DNA of 64,000 nucleotides from Setoptus koraiensis. Taxonomy: Eukaryota > Animalia > Arthropoda. Below the pieces are notes generated by a model. The model saw only the letters and a program-made list of their open reading frames with translations. It ran no database searches and had not been told where the DNA came from. The position numbers were made by a program, and so were the translations under genes. Below, piece after piece: positions 36,001 to 47,200 of this stretch. The DNA is taken from assembly GCA_048013815.1 (NCBI GenBank), contig CM106585.1, positions 7,378,001 to 7,442,000 of the forward strand. The letters are read 5' to 3'. Every line of letters begins with the position of its first letter. Position 1 is the first letter of the stretch.

Positions 36001-36557
36001 GCGTTATTGTTTGAGAGCTTGTCCTTGAGTTTATAATTGTTGCAATTTGCTGACCAATGAGCTAAGCAACATGATGTGCGTGTAAAATCAATTGGAATCA
36101 TCGCGTCTTGTTGTTGTGATTGATTGTGATTACAACAAGAGTAGGTTGTTGTGACTTGTTGTGGGTGCCGTAAGGTGTTGTTATGATGACTCGCCATGTG
36201 AGACAATTTCAACTGGGATGGACTAACTGCTTGATGATTCAATAATAGATTTTGTGATGATGGTGACGATGAGCATGATGGCCATGATGATGATGATGAT
36301 GACGATGATGATGATGGAGGCGAACAGGTAGAAATTGGTCCATCGTTTTCATGAGATTTATTGGAGCCTCTGGTGTGATTGCGCCAACAGTTGCCCACCG
36401 ACATGTTGTTGTTGTAGTTGTTGTTGCTGTTGTTGTGCGTGGTTGTTACTGTCGTTGTGTTTTCATGAGTTTCATTTGTGATCCAGTTATTATTATTGCT
36501 TTGTTTGTGCGTCTTGGTACAATATATTTCGTGTTTGTTGCATAATTGACTGGACAT
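33072..36557 (-). CDS. QSOX: Quiescin sulfhydryl oxidase (Trx1-Trx2-HRR-Erv/ALR, C-terminal TM), intronless
   Basis: SLYRANDNVTLLD...MVEFYVAYCGRCRQF (Trx1 CxxC), GYPCGLWRLFHTL, YIRFFFSCSECADHF (Erv CxxC), LLWLWKTHNRVNKRL, YPTYDICPDC and a hydrophobic C-terminal helix followed by RRHQEKK. First ATG 36557; a signal-peptide-like MAVIFYCLLALLLPQTSS starts at ATG 35981, so the true start is uncertain. Confidence 0.95.
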   Translation of the reverse strand: MSSQLCNKHEIYCTKTHKQSNNNNWITNETHENTTTVTTTHNNSNNNYNNNMSVGNCWRNHTRGSNKSHENDGPISTCSPPSSSSSSSSSSWPSCSSSPSSQNLLLNHQAVSPSQLKLSHMASHHNNTLRHPQQVTTTYSCCNHNQSQQQDAMIPIDFTRTSCCLAHWSANCNNYKLKDKLSNNNAHLRIPAMAVIFYCLLALLLPQTSSPFTNNLFNFKQLYSTTSHNQLTTSTSNYRRNNNNNNQLFMLVDASLYRANDNVTLLDSYNFHHEILQLKEPFHHIKMVEFYVAYCGRCRQFKSTMVKFAQSVHNWRTIFRVGVIDLSDHSNTDLGLKWSITGVPALKMYPPPSESLAKQLLQLRGGDSDKDQIIARYKDTVPVEQMQNTLEYYMQDFNNLKDDTVKYLDRYARKANAEQKPDNIPNTWPNLLAVQETSLAQLSDGHPRPELFLIIDPLPREQSLRGLNILMDLSSTATFKAIRFVHSNENKPLIEDLIQLKEKQIKSKRATHNNGDDTMTNNINKSTATQRLEAELNKLQQVAAGTSNQLLLIHVDRQTSTNLLVDVLSLDQLSAKSSKSSQDNQQSRRRRSTTSDKVGDNNSLESITSFIKQTYSETEEDLAFVGALKQYDETIKSSSDSNKLEHLLDNYLRLTSQSAPGQLAKDGSDNRSSRLSTTGTSQQSNGASSSLDSASLKDRPDMNRAMRYMFFTEIPRSAASIRDLSPQQQLERLDTLVNLVWTLKMYYPFDDDSSVQFIQALYDYLLKQQQQLSASSSGPASSSFNVVDLKLELKRLELEGKRLPNVKHWQICQESNPGKGGYPCGLWRLFHTLVAFEYRKNQLLINRQLQQQQQQPISRDASQQQATSNVLGATSGDGSNNNNNNDHQDETDANSQMMKMSVISNKNEAPIEPSNGPSGSTSASLSLTVDNGAYNSPPQYPSLGSSGHSSILSDRSILSNDLNNNLPPPVLMVMRDYIRFFFSCSECADHFEEESSDLSMERIRRHEHNNFSLLWLWKTHNRVNKRLTLDSNTNEQQYPKVAYPTYDICPDCYTKVPRYVRESLGSTKSFDETIEWNEPEVVKFLVDEYTNRPFSSSWSGGFFIQASSQYLILALTMLVMLPIAIIMAYVIVRRHQEKKLRSYSNGNGTINGNITLDERQL

Positions 36558-37725
36558 AATTGATTCAATTGTCAGATCGTTCAAATTGTTTGCTGTTTTA
36601 TAATGTGCTATATTGTTGTTTGTGACTCAATTAATAATTGTTCTCCGGCTCGATGCGTTGGTGCCGACGCAATTTGAATGCGAGTTGTTGCAAAGTTGTT
36701 GCAAAGTTGTTGCAGTTGTTGCAGTTGTTGCAAAGTTGTTTAGCTTCCAGAAAAGTCCAGTGAGTTGCCGCCAGATGGATGGGCCGGCCTCCGCTGACAG
36801 ACACAATAGCTTGTTAATACTGTAGATAATTACTGATGATAATTGAGCGTGGTGCGAGTTGCGTCAACAATGACACACACTAACATCACATTGAATTAGA
36901 ATAAGAATGAGAATTAGAATTGAAATTGGAATTAGAATTCGAAATTAAAATGTTGCCAACAGTTAATGGTATGCAATGGTGTAATAATAATCTAATCTGC
37001 GTTGTGGATCTCTCTTCAATGCCCCTCGAAGCTTCTCAACGCCTCTCGATGGCTCTCGATGGAGCTCGCATGCAGTGGCAACTTGCATGCGGTGGCAATA
37101 ACTTGTTTCCTTGTCGTGTGCTCTTTGTGTGGCAAACAACAATCTACTTATAATATAATACACAACATAAGCAACAATATATACACAACAAATGCAACAT
37201 ACAAGACAAAAAGAAATGATTGATTTAAATATTCTAGTGATAGTAATAATAGTGATAGTAATAGATTTGATTGATCCACTTGCCCCGCAGCTCTAGTGGC
37301 ACCTGTTTAGCCTCACTCAATTTGGCGCGTCTCACCAGCAACAACAATTATTCACATTTTCGAAGCATGCCAGAGAGGCAATTTATTATTACATGCATAT
37401 TGTATATTGTATATTGTTGCCGTGTTTGTATCTGGCTGGATATCGTCCGACTGATGGCTGCAGTGGCGCTTATCTGCTATATCTCTCGTTGCGCAAATTT
37501 TATAATAATTTATATATTTTATAGGCCCGTCGATTGTTGGTTGGTTTGCGTTGTTGCAACTCGCTGTGAGTTTGCTCACCGGCAAGAGTATTTCAGATTG
37601 GCTAGTCGCGCCAATCAAGCGCGCCAAACAACAATGAGCAAGCTGAGCATTTAATTCAATTTAACCGACTGTGCTGACTCGACACACTGGCAACTGACAA
37701 TGTGAATATCTTATGCATTTCATAT

Positions 37726-37814
37726 ATCTGATATATCTGATTCGTCTGATATATCTGATGCGTCTGATATATCTGATGCGTCTGATATATCTGATGCGTC
37801 TGATATATCTGATG
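37726..37814. repeat. 18-bp minisatellite (TCTGATATATCTGATGCG) x4-5
   Basis: Direct reading of tandem units. Confidence 0.9.
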
Positions 37815-40800
37815 TGTCCGCCGATGCATCGAGCATATTGACTCATCTCAGAATTATCATTATTATTGAGTGTTGCCCCAGCTGCTCGAAATTGACGCAA
37901 ATTGAGGCAAACAGACGCGGCAAGTGTCTTGTCAGCACTTGCTGCTGTTAGTTACACAATGTTTTGCTCCACACAAACAGTGATTGATCATCTGAAAACG
38001 GGAGCATATGCTCGTGATTGCGCGATTGGACACGCTGATAGCATTGCCAGACATTGTTTGTTTATCTGGTAGCTGTTGTAATTGTTTATCTGGTCGCTGT
38101 TACAATTGTTTATCTGGTTGCTTATCGTTGTTGCTTATCGTTGTTGCTCGTCGTCGACACACAAGCTAAATTCATGGCCAGCTCGTCTCTTTGCCAGCTT
38201 TGTTTTCAGCATGCAAACACAACGAAACATTTGCTAATAACTAACGACTCGACAACACAAGGCAAATTCATCAAAATCAAACTCGCACCGACTAATCACT
38301 ATCGACACATGCCAGCAACAACAACAACAACAACATCAACAACAGCAACGAGTGGGCGGCGTGTCACCATTAGCGATGGGCACGGTCGCTGCTCATCGCT
38401 AGTTATAAACGCTGGCCACTCGAACAGGCGCTCTTGTGGCACAAGTTGATCAAGACAAAAGCAAATATTCCCGCTGCCAACCATAGTCAACGGCGACGTC
38501 TTGATACAGCGACGCAGCTCGTCTCGTTGCAACAAACTAAAAACGTTTTACAACAACAACAACAACGACTACGACGACTAGACAACCTAATGCCGTAAAG
38601 TTGCGGCTGCTGCCACCATCGTCCCTCGTAGTGTGCAACTCGCAGTCTGTAACTCACGGACTGCGACTCTCGGACTGCGACTCTCAGACTGCGACTCTCA
38701 GAATGCGATTCACAGACTGTAACTCCCGGCGAGCAACATGCAGACTGGCACACTGCGAGAGAGCGACCAAGAGCCAGGTAAGCGCAATCATAAAGTAATA
38801 AAGCAAAGTTATTTGCAAACTCACTGACGAGCTACCTGTCGAACAATAGTTAACTTTTATAGCTATCTAATAGCCATCATGTTATGGCTATCGTATGGCC
38901 GTCAGTTGGTCATAGATGCGCATTGCGAGCCGCAGTGGCCGGCCCAAAATGATGGCCATTGATTGGCTTTGATGGACTCACTTATTGCTATGATCTAAGC
39001 ACGCACTTGAGAGTCTCAGGTTGAGCGACCGGAGCGGCATTTGCGGCATCTACGGCAACTGCCGCCACCGACGCCAGATCGATTTGAATTGTCAATGTGG
39101 CCGAAACTGGCCACTCAATATTGACCAGTCAAATTTGCAATCGAAGCAGCTGAATCATTGGCATTCAGCTGCTTCCGCTGGCCGGCTGTTTCTGGCTGCC
39201 AGCTCACGAGCTTGTCGGTGATTTTCGCTCGCTATTGACGCACAAAGTTTGTTGCGAGCTGATGGCAAGTTCGTGAGCCACCGGTGACCGTCAAAAAATC
39301 AAATCTTGAGCCGGCCGAATTGCGTTACATTGCGAGCGCCAACATTGCGGCACTTTGTCGCTAATTAGAGGTGTAGTAGCTCGCTGCTGACGTAACAGGC
39401 GTCACAAGTGACCAATGGCGAGCGTTGTTTGTGTAGTGGCCCGTCTCGAGTGCGTCAAAGCGTCTCGCAAACAATCGACACTCGACGTGCCACTGGCCGG
39501 CATTGTTGCCGGCTTGAGACTGGCCTGAACGGCCGGCAATTGTTGACCGGCCGCTTGAACAATTTTGGGTGGCAACGCGCACAGCAGCAATTACACACAC
39601 ACACACTCTGGCCGTGCCATTGTGTGACTTATCAAGGACAACAACAGGTGATTGATCTATTTATAGGGCCGTTGGCAAGGTGACGTTGGTTGCGTCGCAT
39701 GAGTTGTCACTTTGATTAAACATCGCGCTCACTCTTCCACTGGGCACTGTTGACTTTTGACCGGCGCTCGCAGTGTCACTGTTGGCAGCCTCATAATGGC
39801 GCACGCCGATGCACACACTGTCGCCAGATAATGAGCGTTGTTGTCGTTGTTGTTGTTGTTGTTGTTGTTGTCGTTGGCGTTGTTGTTGTCGCTTGCATCG
39901 CTGTTGTTGTTGCTGCTGTGGCCGTCAGCGGCGATGCTGATGACGCTGTCGCTGTCATTTGGTCGCGGCGCAAACAAACACACAAGTCAACATGAGCTGG
40001 CTGACGAGACTACTGTTTAGACTGTTCAATGCGCGCCGGTATGAGACTACAGGCGACGCACGCAGCGGTCACACACTTGCCGAGCCGCCAATGAACCTGT
40101 CCGATCGACAGCACACATTACATAATGGCTGGCGTGCAAGCTCGCCAGCCATTACGTAATGTATGCAATGTGTTGCAATGGCCAGCCAGGCCGCCCATAC
40201 AAAAGAGCCAACAACGGCAACAACATTGTTGCGCGTTATTACGTTAATATTGCTGCCGGCAGCAAGTTTATATAAATTTTGCAAATCGCAGCGCAGAGAC
40301 AAGACGAGCGATTCGCACACAAGACAGCGATTGATTTGCTCATCGCTTATCGTGCCCAACAGCCACCATGCGTTGACTATGCTCGACAGAGATAAAAGTT
40401 TGCGCTCTTTCTCTGCGACTTTCTGGCCAGCTCGCCGCTTGGCTGTCTCGCCGATTGGCTGTCTCGACGCTGGGCCGTCTCGACGCTGGGCTGTCTCGAC
40501 GTTGGGCCGTCTCGCTGCTGGGCCGTCTCAAGTCTGCGAAAGTAAACAAACGACAGTAGTGTTTTCGAATGCAAGACGATGCCAACAAAGCGCACATAAT
40601 AGCATAATGGCCGGTTGTGACATGGCGACGCTTTGATAATCAAAGTCTTTGATTCGGTCGCCAGCCAGCCATTATATAACGTATATTGTATATTGTATTT
40701 GCGCCTTTGTGTATTTATGAAAATGAATTTATATGAATTTATATTTTAACAATGACAGGCCAGCAGCGCCAGTGACACAATATAATACGAAATGTGTAAT

Positions 40801-42332
40801 AATAAACAGCCCGAGGCCAACTTGTCGAGCGGGAGGTTAAGTACGCAAACAAATAACAGATTGTTGCCGCAGCCAGCGAGTGCAAATTGGAGGCCCCGAC
40901 GACAAAACGCTTGTCGCTGGCACAACACAAGCGAAAAATTCAAATAAACAACGAGCGATATTGTTGACAGCCAGTCATCGTTGTCGCCATCAAGCTCGCC
41001 GACTTTGATACGCCAAGCTGGCGGCATCCGTCGCCGGCATGTCGGCCTGGCTGTAGGTCGCCGGCAGCGTGGCCAAGCTGCCAACGGGCAACCGGCAGCA
41101 ATCGCCGGCCCTCAACGACAACGCTGGCCGGCTCACAGAAGCGAGCGTCGCTCAAAGTGTCGCCTCCGCAAATCAACAATATCGCACAACAACAACGACG
41201 ACGACGACGACGACAACTATAAAGTTTGTGTTACGTAACTCTGGCACACAAACAACTTGCGAGCAGCTCACAGCAGGCCGAATGGCAGTCATTTGATCGG
41301 GTCAGAGTTCACTTGATCGCCAGCACGCCAGCCAGTAGACGTTTAGCTACTGGCTGCCGCGACATGAGGCGGCCACTTCTGCGGCAAGCCTCGTATCACT
41401 CATTATTATATCACTCATTATTATATCACTCACTACTGTATCGCTCGTTGTTGTATCACTACTCATTACTACATCATATCGCTCGGCACATCGCTGGCCG
41501 GCACGACAAGACGTTAAAGTCGTGGATCGCTCGCCATATCGTCGGCCGCATATATCAGCATATGTCAGCGTCGTCTCAAATCTTATCTCATCGCATATAT
41601 CAAAATGGCAACCTCTGTCACTACTGTATCGAGTGCATGTGTATCGCTGTCGCTCTTTGAATCAAATTACCCAAAACGAAACTCATCGATCCAGCCGATT
41701 GTCTTATTGGCTCTTTTGTCAGCGACGACACGCCGAGACGAGATTGCGTGAAGCGTCAGCAAAAACAAATTCCAACTTGTGACTTTTCACTTGCGACAGG
41801 CCAGCCAAATAATATTAGTGTGCCCTTATAAATCGATGCATCTACCAATATTAGTCGTCATTGTGTGTATCGACAATTAATATGACAATTAATATGACAC
41901 ACTCATCGTAAATAACAAGATGAGTTATGTAATGCTCCGATACACAAAACTACATAATGTCAGCTTAGCGGTTCGTTAGCCGCTCGATGGTTGGCGCAGT
42001 CGATCTAAATTGTTGTTTGCTCGTTGTTGGCTGACTTTGGAGTGCGGACTCTGTACTGCAGAGCAAAGGGCAAAGAGCAAAGAGCATAGAGTTTGCGAGC
42101 TGCAATGTTGTTGTGTCATCGTAGCCAAACAACAAATATAACAACAAGTGCGCATACAACAACAACGGCAACAACAACCAAACAACAACCACGCATATCT
42201 GGTTGCGTCTTAATGGGCAGCTTAAGTCGGCCACTTAGCAAGTGGCAAGCGAGCTGCAAAGACATTAAATGGGCATCGGGATTAATACTCTAATTGGTCA
42301 ACATTTCTCACTGTCTTTGTCAATGTGTGTCG

Positions 42333-42366
<34 letters not shown>

Positions 42367-44153
42367 ATCTGTTTGTCGAAATGCCCATTAGGTACGCAAG
42401 TGATGACTGGCACATCAATGCAGCCAAGACCTATGACCATAATCTGGCAATTTAGCAATTTGGTGGCACACTAATGGCCGAGCATGGGACGTGAGCGTAT
42501 CGCTAAATCAATCATTTTTATTTCTGTCTTTCTTTTTATCTTTAGGCTGGCTGGCTGCTGCTGCTGCTGCTCTAACGATACACACTACAAACCATCACGG
42601 CGATAATAATGATGATAATACATGATGATGTAAGCAGACGACAAAATTACAACTTTGCCCCCATTTTGAATTTGGCCATTGGAGCCATTTGAATGGTCAG
42701 TAGGAGTAAACAACAGCTATTAATTATCAGCGTTTTATCTTGGTTTGCATCTTCGTCTGCGACGTCGTTACGGCTTGCGGCTCCATCGAGTGCCCACATG
42801 GAGCCAACGCTCACGAAGGCAGCTCGTTGTCGGCAGCGAATATCGGCGTATCATGGTTACGCTAATTATAAACACTAGTATTAATAATAATTATCATTAA
42901 TGTAATTAATGGACAACTCTTTCCTCACTACCGGTTCGTCTACATTTACAGCTACCATGTATATTTACAATAACAAATATAACATTTAATTGCGATGGGC
43001 CTATCTGTCAATGTGAGTGGTGTGTATCATTGCCACTGCGATCATAACAGTTACTCACAGTGATTTTGCGACTGACCGAAAATCACTGGAGCGACACGGT
43101 GACGCGCAATTGATGATTAGCATGAACGGTTGCGTAATGCGCAAAATATGCAAATGCCAACGGGCCGATAATGACGCCACTAATTAATTTGTTTGCCACT
43201 CTCACTGCGGCAGCAGCAGCAAACAAATGGCACAGTCATGGATATCATTATATCATTGGAAATACCTGATGCACTGTCTGTCTACATCTCGACAAGTATT
43301 ATCTCTGTAGTGCGTCCATCTATCGTTACACATCACAGTAGCATCACGAGATTTTCAACATCAGCAATCAATTTTGCATCTACAATCGCCAATCAATTTT
43401 GCATCTACTATCGCCAATCATCTGTACGCCGATCGCGTCCAGCCGATGGCCAGATGATCGCGGCCAGATGATCGCGGCCAGATGATCGATCACACTCAGG
43501 CCCGGCCAATGGCGAGCGACAAGCAAATATTAGCCTTGCGTCAGCAGTTTCTCAATTTGGTCAGCTAGTGAATAAACGGGGATACAGCAACAAACGAACA
43601 AGTCGCTTGTTACTGTGCAAGATGAGCGAAATGGGCGAGATACGCCAATTTGGGCGGAAAACTGTTTGCCAATTCAGCCGATTGCAATGTCAGCCAACGT
43701 CGGACTTGTTATTATTATATATGATTATTCCTCTCATTTATCTCTCATTATCTATCTAATGATCACATAAGAGAGGGAGAGAGAAATTAGGAGCCAAGTG
43801 CAAATGGGGAACAAGTTAAAAGTTGTAAACGAGCGAAAGAGGCTTACGCTGCATTTGCGCGTCTTCATCATCACCTACCAATACGAGGCCTGATTGATGA
43901 TGATTCCTCTAGCCTGACGTAACTGTTATTATATTATTATTTCTGTTAGCTCTATTAGCTGTCTCTGTTTCATTGGGCACAACATATAACAGCCAATATA
44001 ACATCAATTTCCTGTTAGATAAGCCGCGTTAGGTAAGCAGTTAAGTTGGCTAATAGTTGGCGCTTGTATTAGCCAAGTTGACTGGTGAGCAAAAGTGGCA
44101 AAGTTTGTTGTTTTTCAGCACTTGTTGTTGTGCACTTGTTCAACAACAACAAA

Positions 44154-44154
<1 letters not shown>

Positions 44155-44244
<90 letters not shown>

Positions 44245-44263
44245 GCTGCTGCTGCTGTTGTTG
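44155..44263. repeat. Compound microsatellite (GTTGCT)n-(GTT)n-(GCT)n
   Basis: Direct reading; generates spurious poly-L/Q/C/V/T ORFs in all six frames. Confidence 0.97.
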
Positions 44264-47200
44264 CACTGTCTATCACTACAAACATTGCGCAACAACTGCC
44301 ACTAGTGTGCAAGTTGGCAAGTAATGGTACTTGTTAACTGGGATACCACGGATTACCATTGGCAGCCATAGTTGCGGGCCGACAGCAACCGACAATTGTG
44401 ATTATGGCAGACACTCTCGATCTATGCACAGCCAGTCTCAGCCGGAGCCAATCAGTGGTGTGGTTGCTGCTGAGGCAACAACAACACAGCAACAACAGCG
44501 ATAATACTGTTGGCTACATTAATTATAATGCTAAATGTGTGGTGTAAAATGTGAAAAATGTGTGTAGCTCGCCAACTAACACGCCAAAACAACAATTAAT
44601 TATCTCTCTTTTGTTGTGTGTCATTTGTCAGCCTGGCATTGCTATCTTGCATTCAAGTGTTTGCGATTCGTGAGTATGGCCACACCAGCCAACTCTGCTG
44701 AAATCTGGCTAGATGCTAGTGATACAACTAGCACAATCTCGACACTTGAGCTTCCTACTCGCAAGTATTCATGCATGGATATTACACTTGTTAGCTTGTT
44801 CTTGACGCAATCTTCCTTATTCACTCATTCTTTTTCAATTACGCACCGTGGCCCCGATAATGGACGCATTTGCTCGCTTTGATCGATTGCCCTCAACACA
44901 CTATGGGGCATATTCATCATTTGTATTATTATCGCGGCGCTGCTGTTGCCATTATCCGCTGTTTATAAAATAAAATTTATATATCTAATGGCGCTCGCTG
45001 GTTGCCTGCCACCGCCATACTATTGCTGCCATGTCGCTGTCTTGTCGCTGCCCTCTGCTGGCCTGTCGCTGGCCAAGTCGGTCAGTGACAAGTGGTTGGC
45101 TCTACGCACATTACATGACGCAAGTTATGTAAGTGAGTGAGTGAGCAGCAGTTAATGAGAATAACAGCCGCACACTGGCGCAAATTGTAATGAATCACTA
45201 ATGACTAATATGTGTGTGCTTAATTAATTAACTACTGAGAGCAAAGTGCAATGCTCATCATTGTAGCTGTCTCATATTTCTTTCGTTGGCATGATGAGTT
45301 TCGCATCGGTGCAACAGTCCGGCAATAGGAATCAAGTTCAACAGACGTTCTACTAGCGACACACCGCATTGTGGTCATTTCACGATAACGACAATGGTAT
45401 GTGTGATGTATGTCGGGCAATTTCACAACATATAGCACGCGATTCGTTAATTGATTTGTGGCCTCTCGCTGTCTTGTCTCGTTACTATTGATCATACGCT
45501 GATGAAGATGCTTTTTGGTTGCGATTTTGTGCTTACCCTTGCAATTCAATCAATTGTTTGTGCGCCCTGTTTCTATGGCAACATTATTCGAGTTTGAGAG
45601 TTGACGATGTGAGCTATGTCGACGTGACACTGTTATATGATATGACTGCTTGTAGTTTTAATAGTTGCGATAATCACCTAAAAAAGCACGATTTTGCTGA
45701 TGATGACTTGGGCAAATTTTGCTCTTGTTGTGGCTCAGATTTTTCTGTTTTTCTCATTATGTTTCGCGTCTCGTGGGCGACGACTTGCTGTTACGGCGCT
45801 TGTGGGTACTTTTTTATCGGGCAGCCACTAATTGTTTGTCGATGTGGATATTTTCAGTAATTGGTGAGATATTTTCGAGTGAATTTGTGGATATTTTCAG
45901 TGATTGTTGTTAACGTTTCAACACGACGGGCAGCGATGCGCACTTGACGACGCTCAAATTCATTGTGCCAGCTCTATCGTGTGAACCAAACCAACTGAAC
46001 GAACAGCGCGACAGCTTGTTAGACAGTGGTTGCGCAGTGCACATTTGCGCACATTTGCGCGAATTGCGCGCCATGTCTCTGGCTCGAATGTGGCAGTGCT
46101 TCTGTGTCGCACACGCTTGGCACACGCTTCCCCTCCTGTTGGGCGCAAAGCGTGCGCAGAGGGCGCATTTTCTGCAAGCGCGCATATGGACAATGCGCGA
46201 CAAAGTTGCCCACTGACGCCTCATTATTATGCCCGCGCAACCCAAAGTTGGCACAACCCAAAATTGGCACACCCAATGGCACGCTGCAAGTCGCGCCGAG
46301 TTTTGCAATTTTATAAATAGTCAATTTTATACTACGTATTACGTAATATATTCACCACCGGCTTACGCGGCATCGCGCAGCTAACGGTAAGTTGGCGAGC
46401 GAGCATGAGCACAACAACGAGCCATGGCCAATCGGCCATTGGCGGTGCCTCGAATCGATGCACCGCCAATGGAGACTGCGAGACACGGCGAAAAGAAACT
46501 GCGAGACAAGGTGGCAGCGCTTGCGCAATCTGCCCCTCCGTGCTCAGCGCCATCTGACGGCGGTGCACGCGCTCGCCAAATTGTTTATGCAAATGGGGGC
46601 TCTCCCTGTCTCATGATTATTCACATAATTGATTAGCACCACCTAGCGCGCACAAAAGCGGCCAACAACAGCTAAGTACAGTGTGAATATACATGCGCAT
46701 TGTCTGCTCGGCGTCCACACAAAATGGTTGCGGGCCCGAGTCGCGAGTTGCCCGGTCGCGAGTTGCCCGAGTCGCGAGTTGCCCGAGCGGCTCCAGTTAA
46801 CCAAAGCCGCACAACTCGGCCTTGGGCCCGGCCGCTCCATGGGCACACCGACGCTACCGCGGAGGCCATAAATCGGGCGCTGGCGCTTATGGGATCAGCA
46901 ACGCGATGAAGAGATTACGTAATAGTTGCCGGCCCGAATCATTAGCCCGTCTTTGATCAGTTGTTGTCGTTGTTGTTGTTGTTGTTGCCACTGTCGGTGT
47001 TGTTGATGCTGATGCCGTTGTCGGTGAGGCTGCCGTTGTGCGGCTTCGCATCAGTTGAGGGCTGCCAAGCCTAAGCGAGCCGGCACAGCTCGCCAGATTG
47101 TGCAAAGTTGTGACCACAATTAAGCGCAACTATGAGATACTTTGGGCTAACCAAATAAACATACCAAATGAATGGATTCGAGGCAATAAAATCGCTAGAA

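Noticed and set aside
44057-44337. Poly-L, poly-Q, poly-C, poly-V and poly-T ORFs
   Set aside because: Six-frame read-through of one microsatellite.
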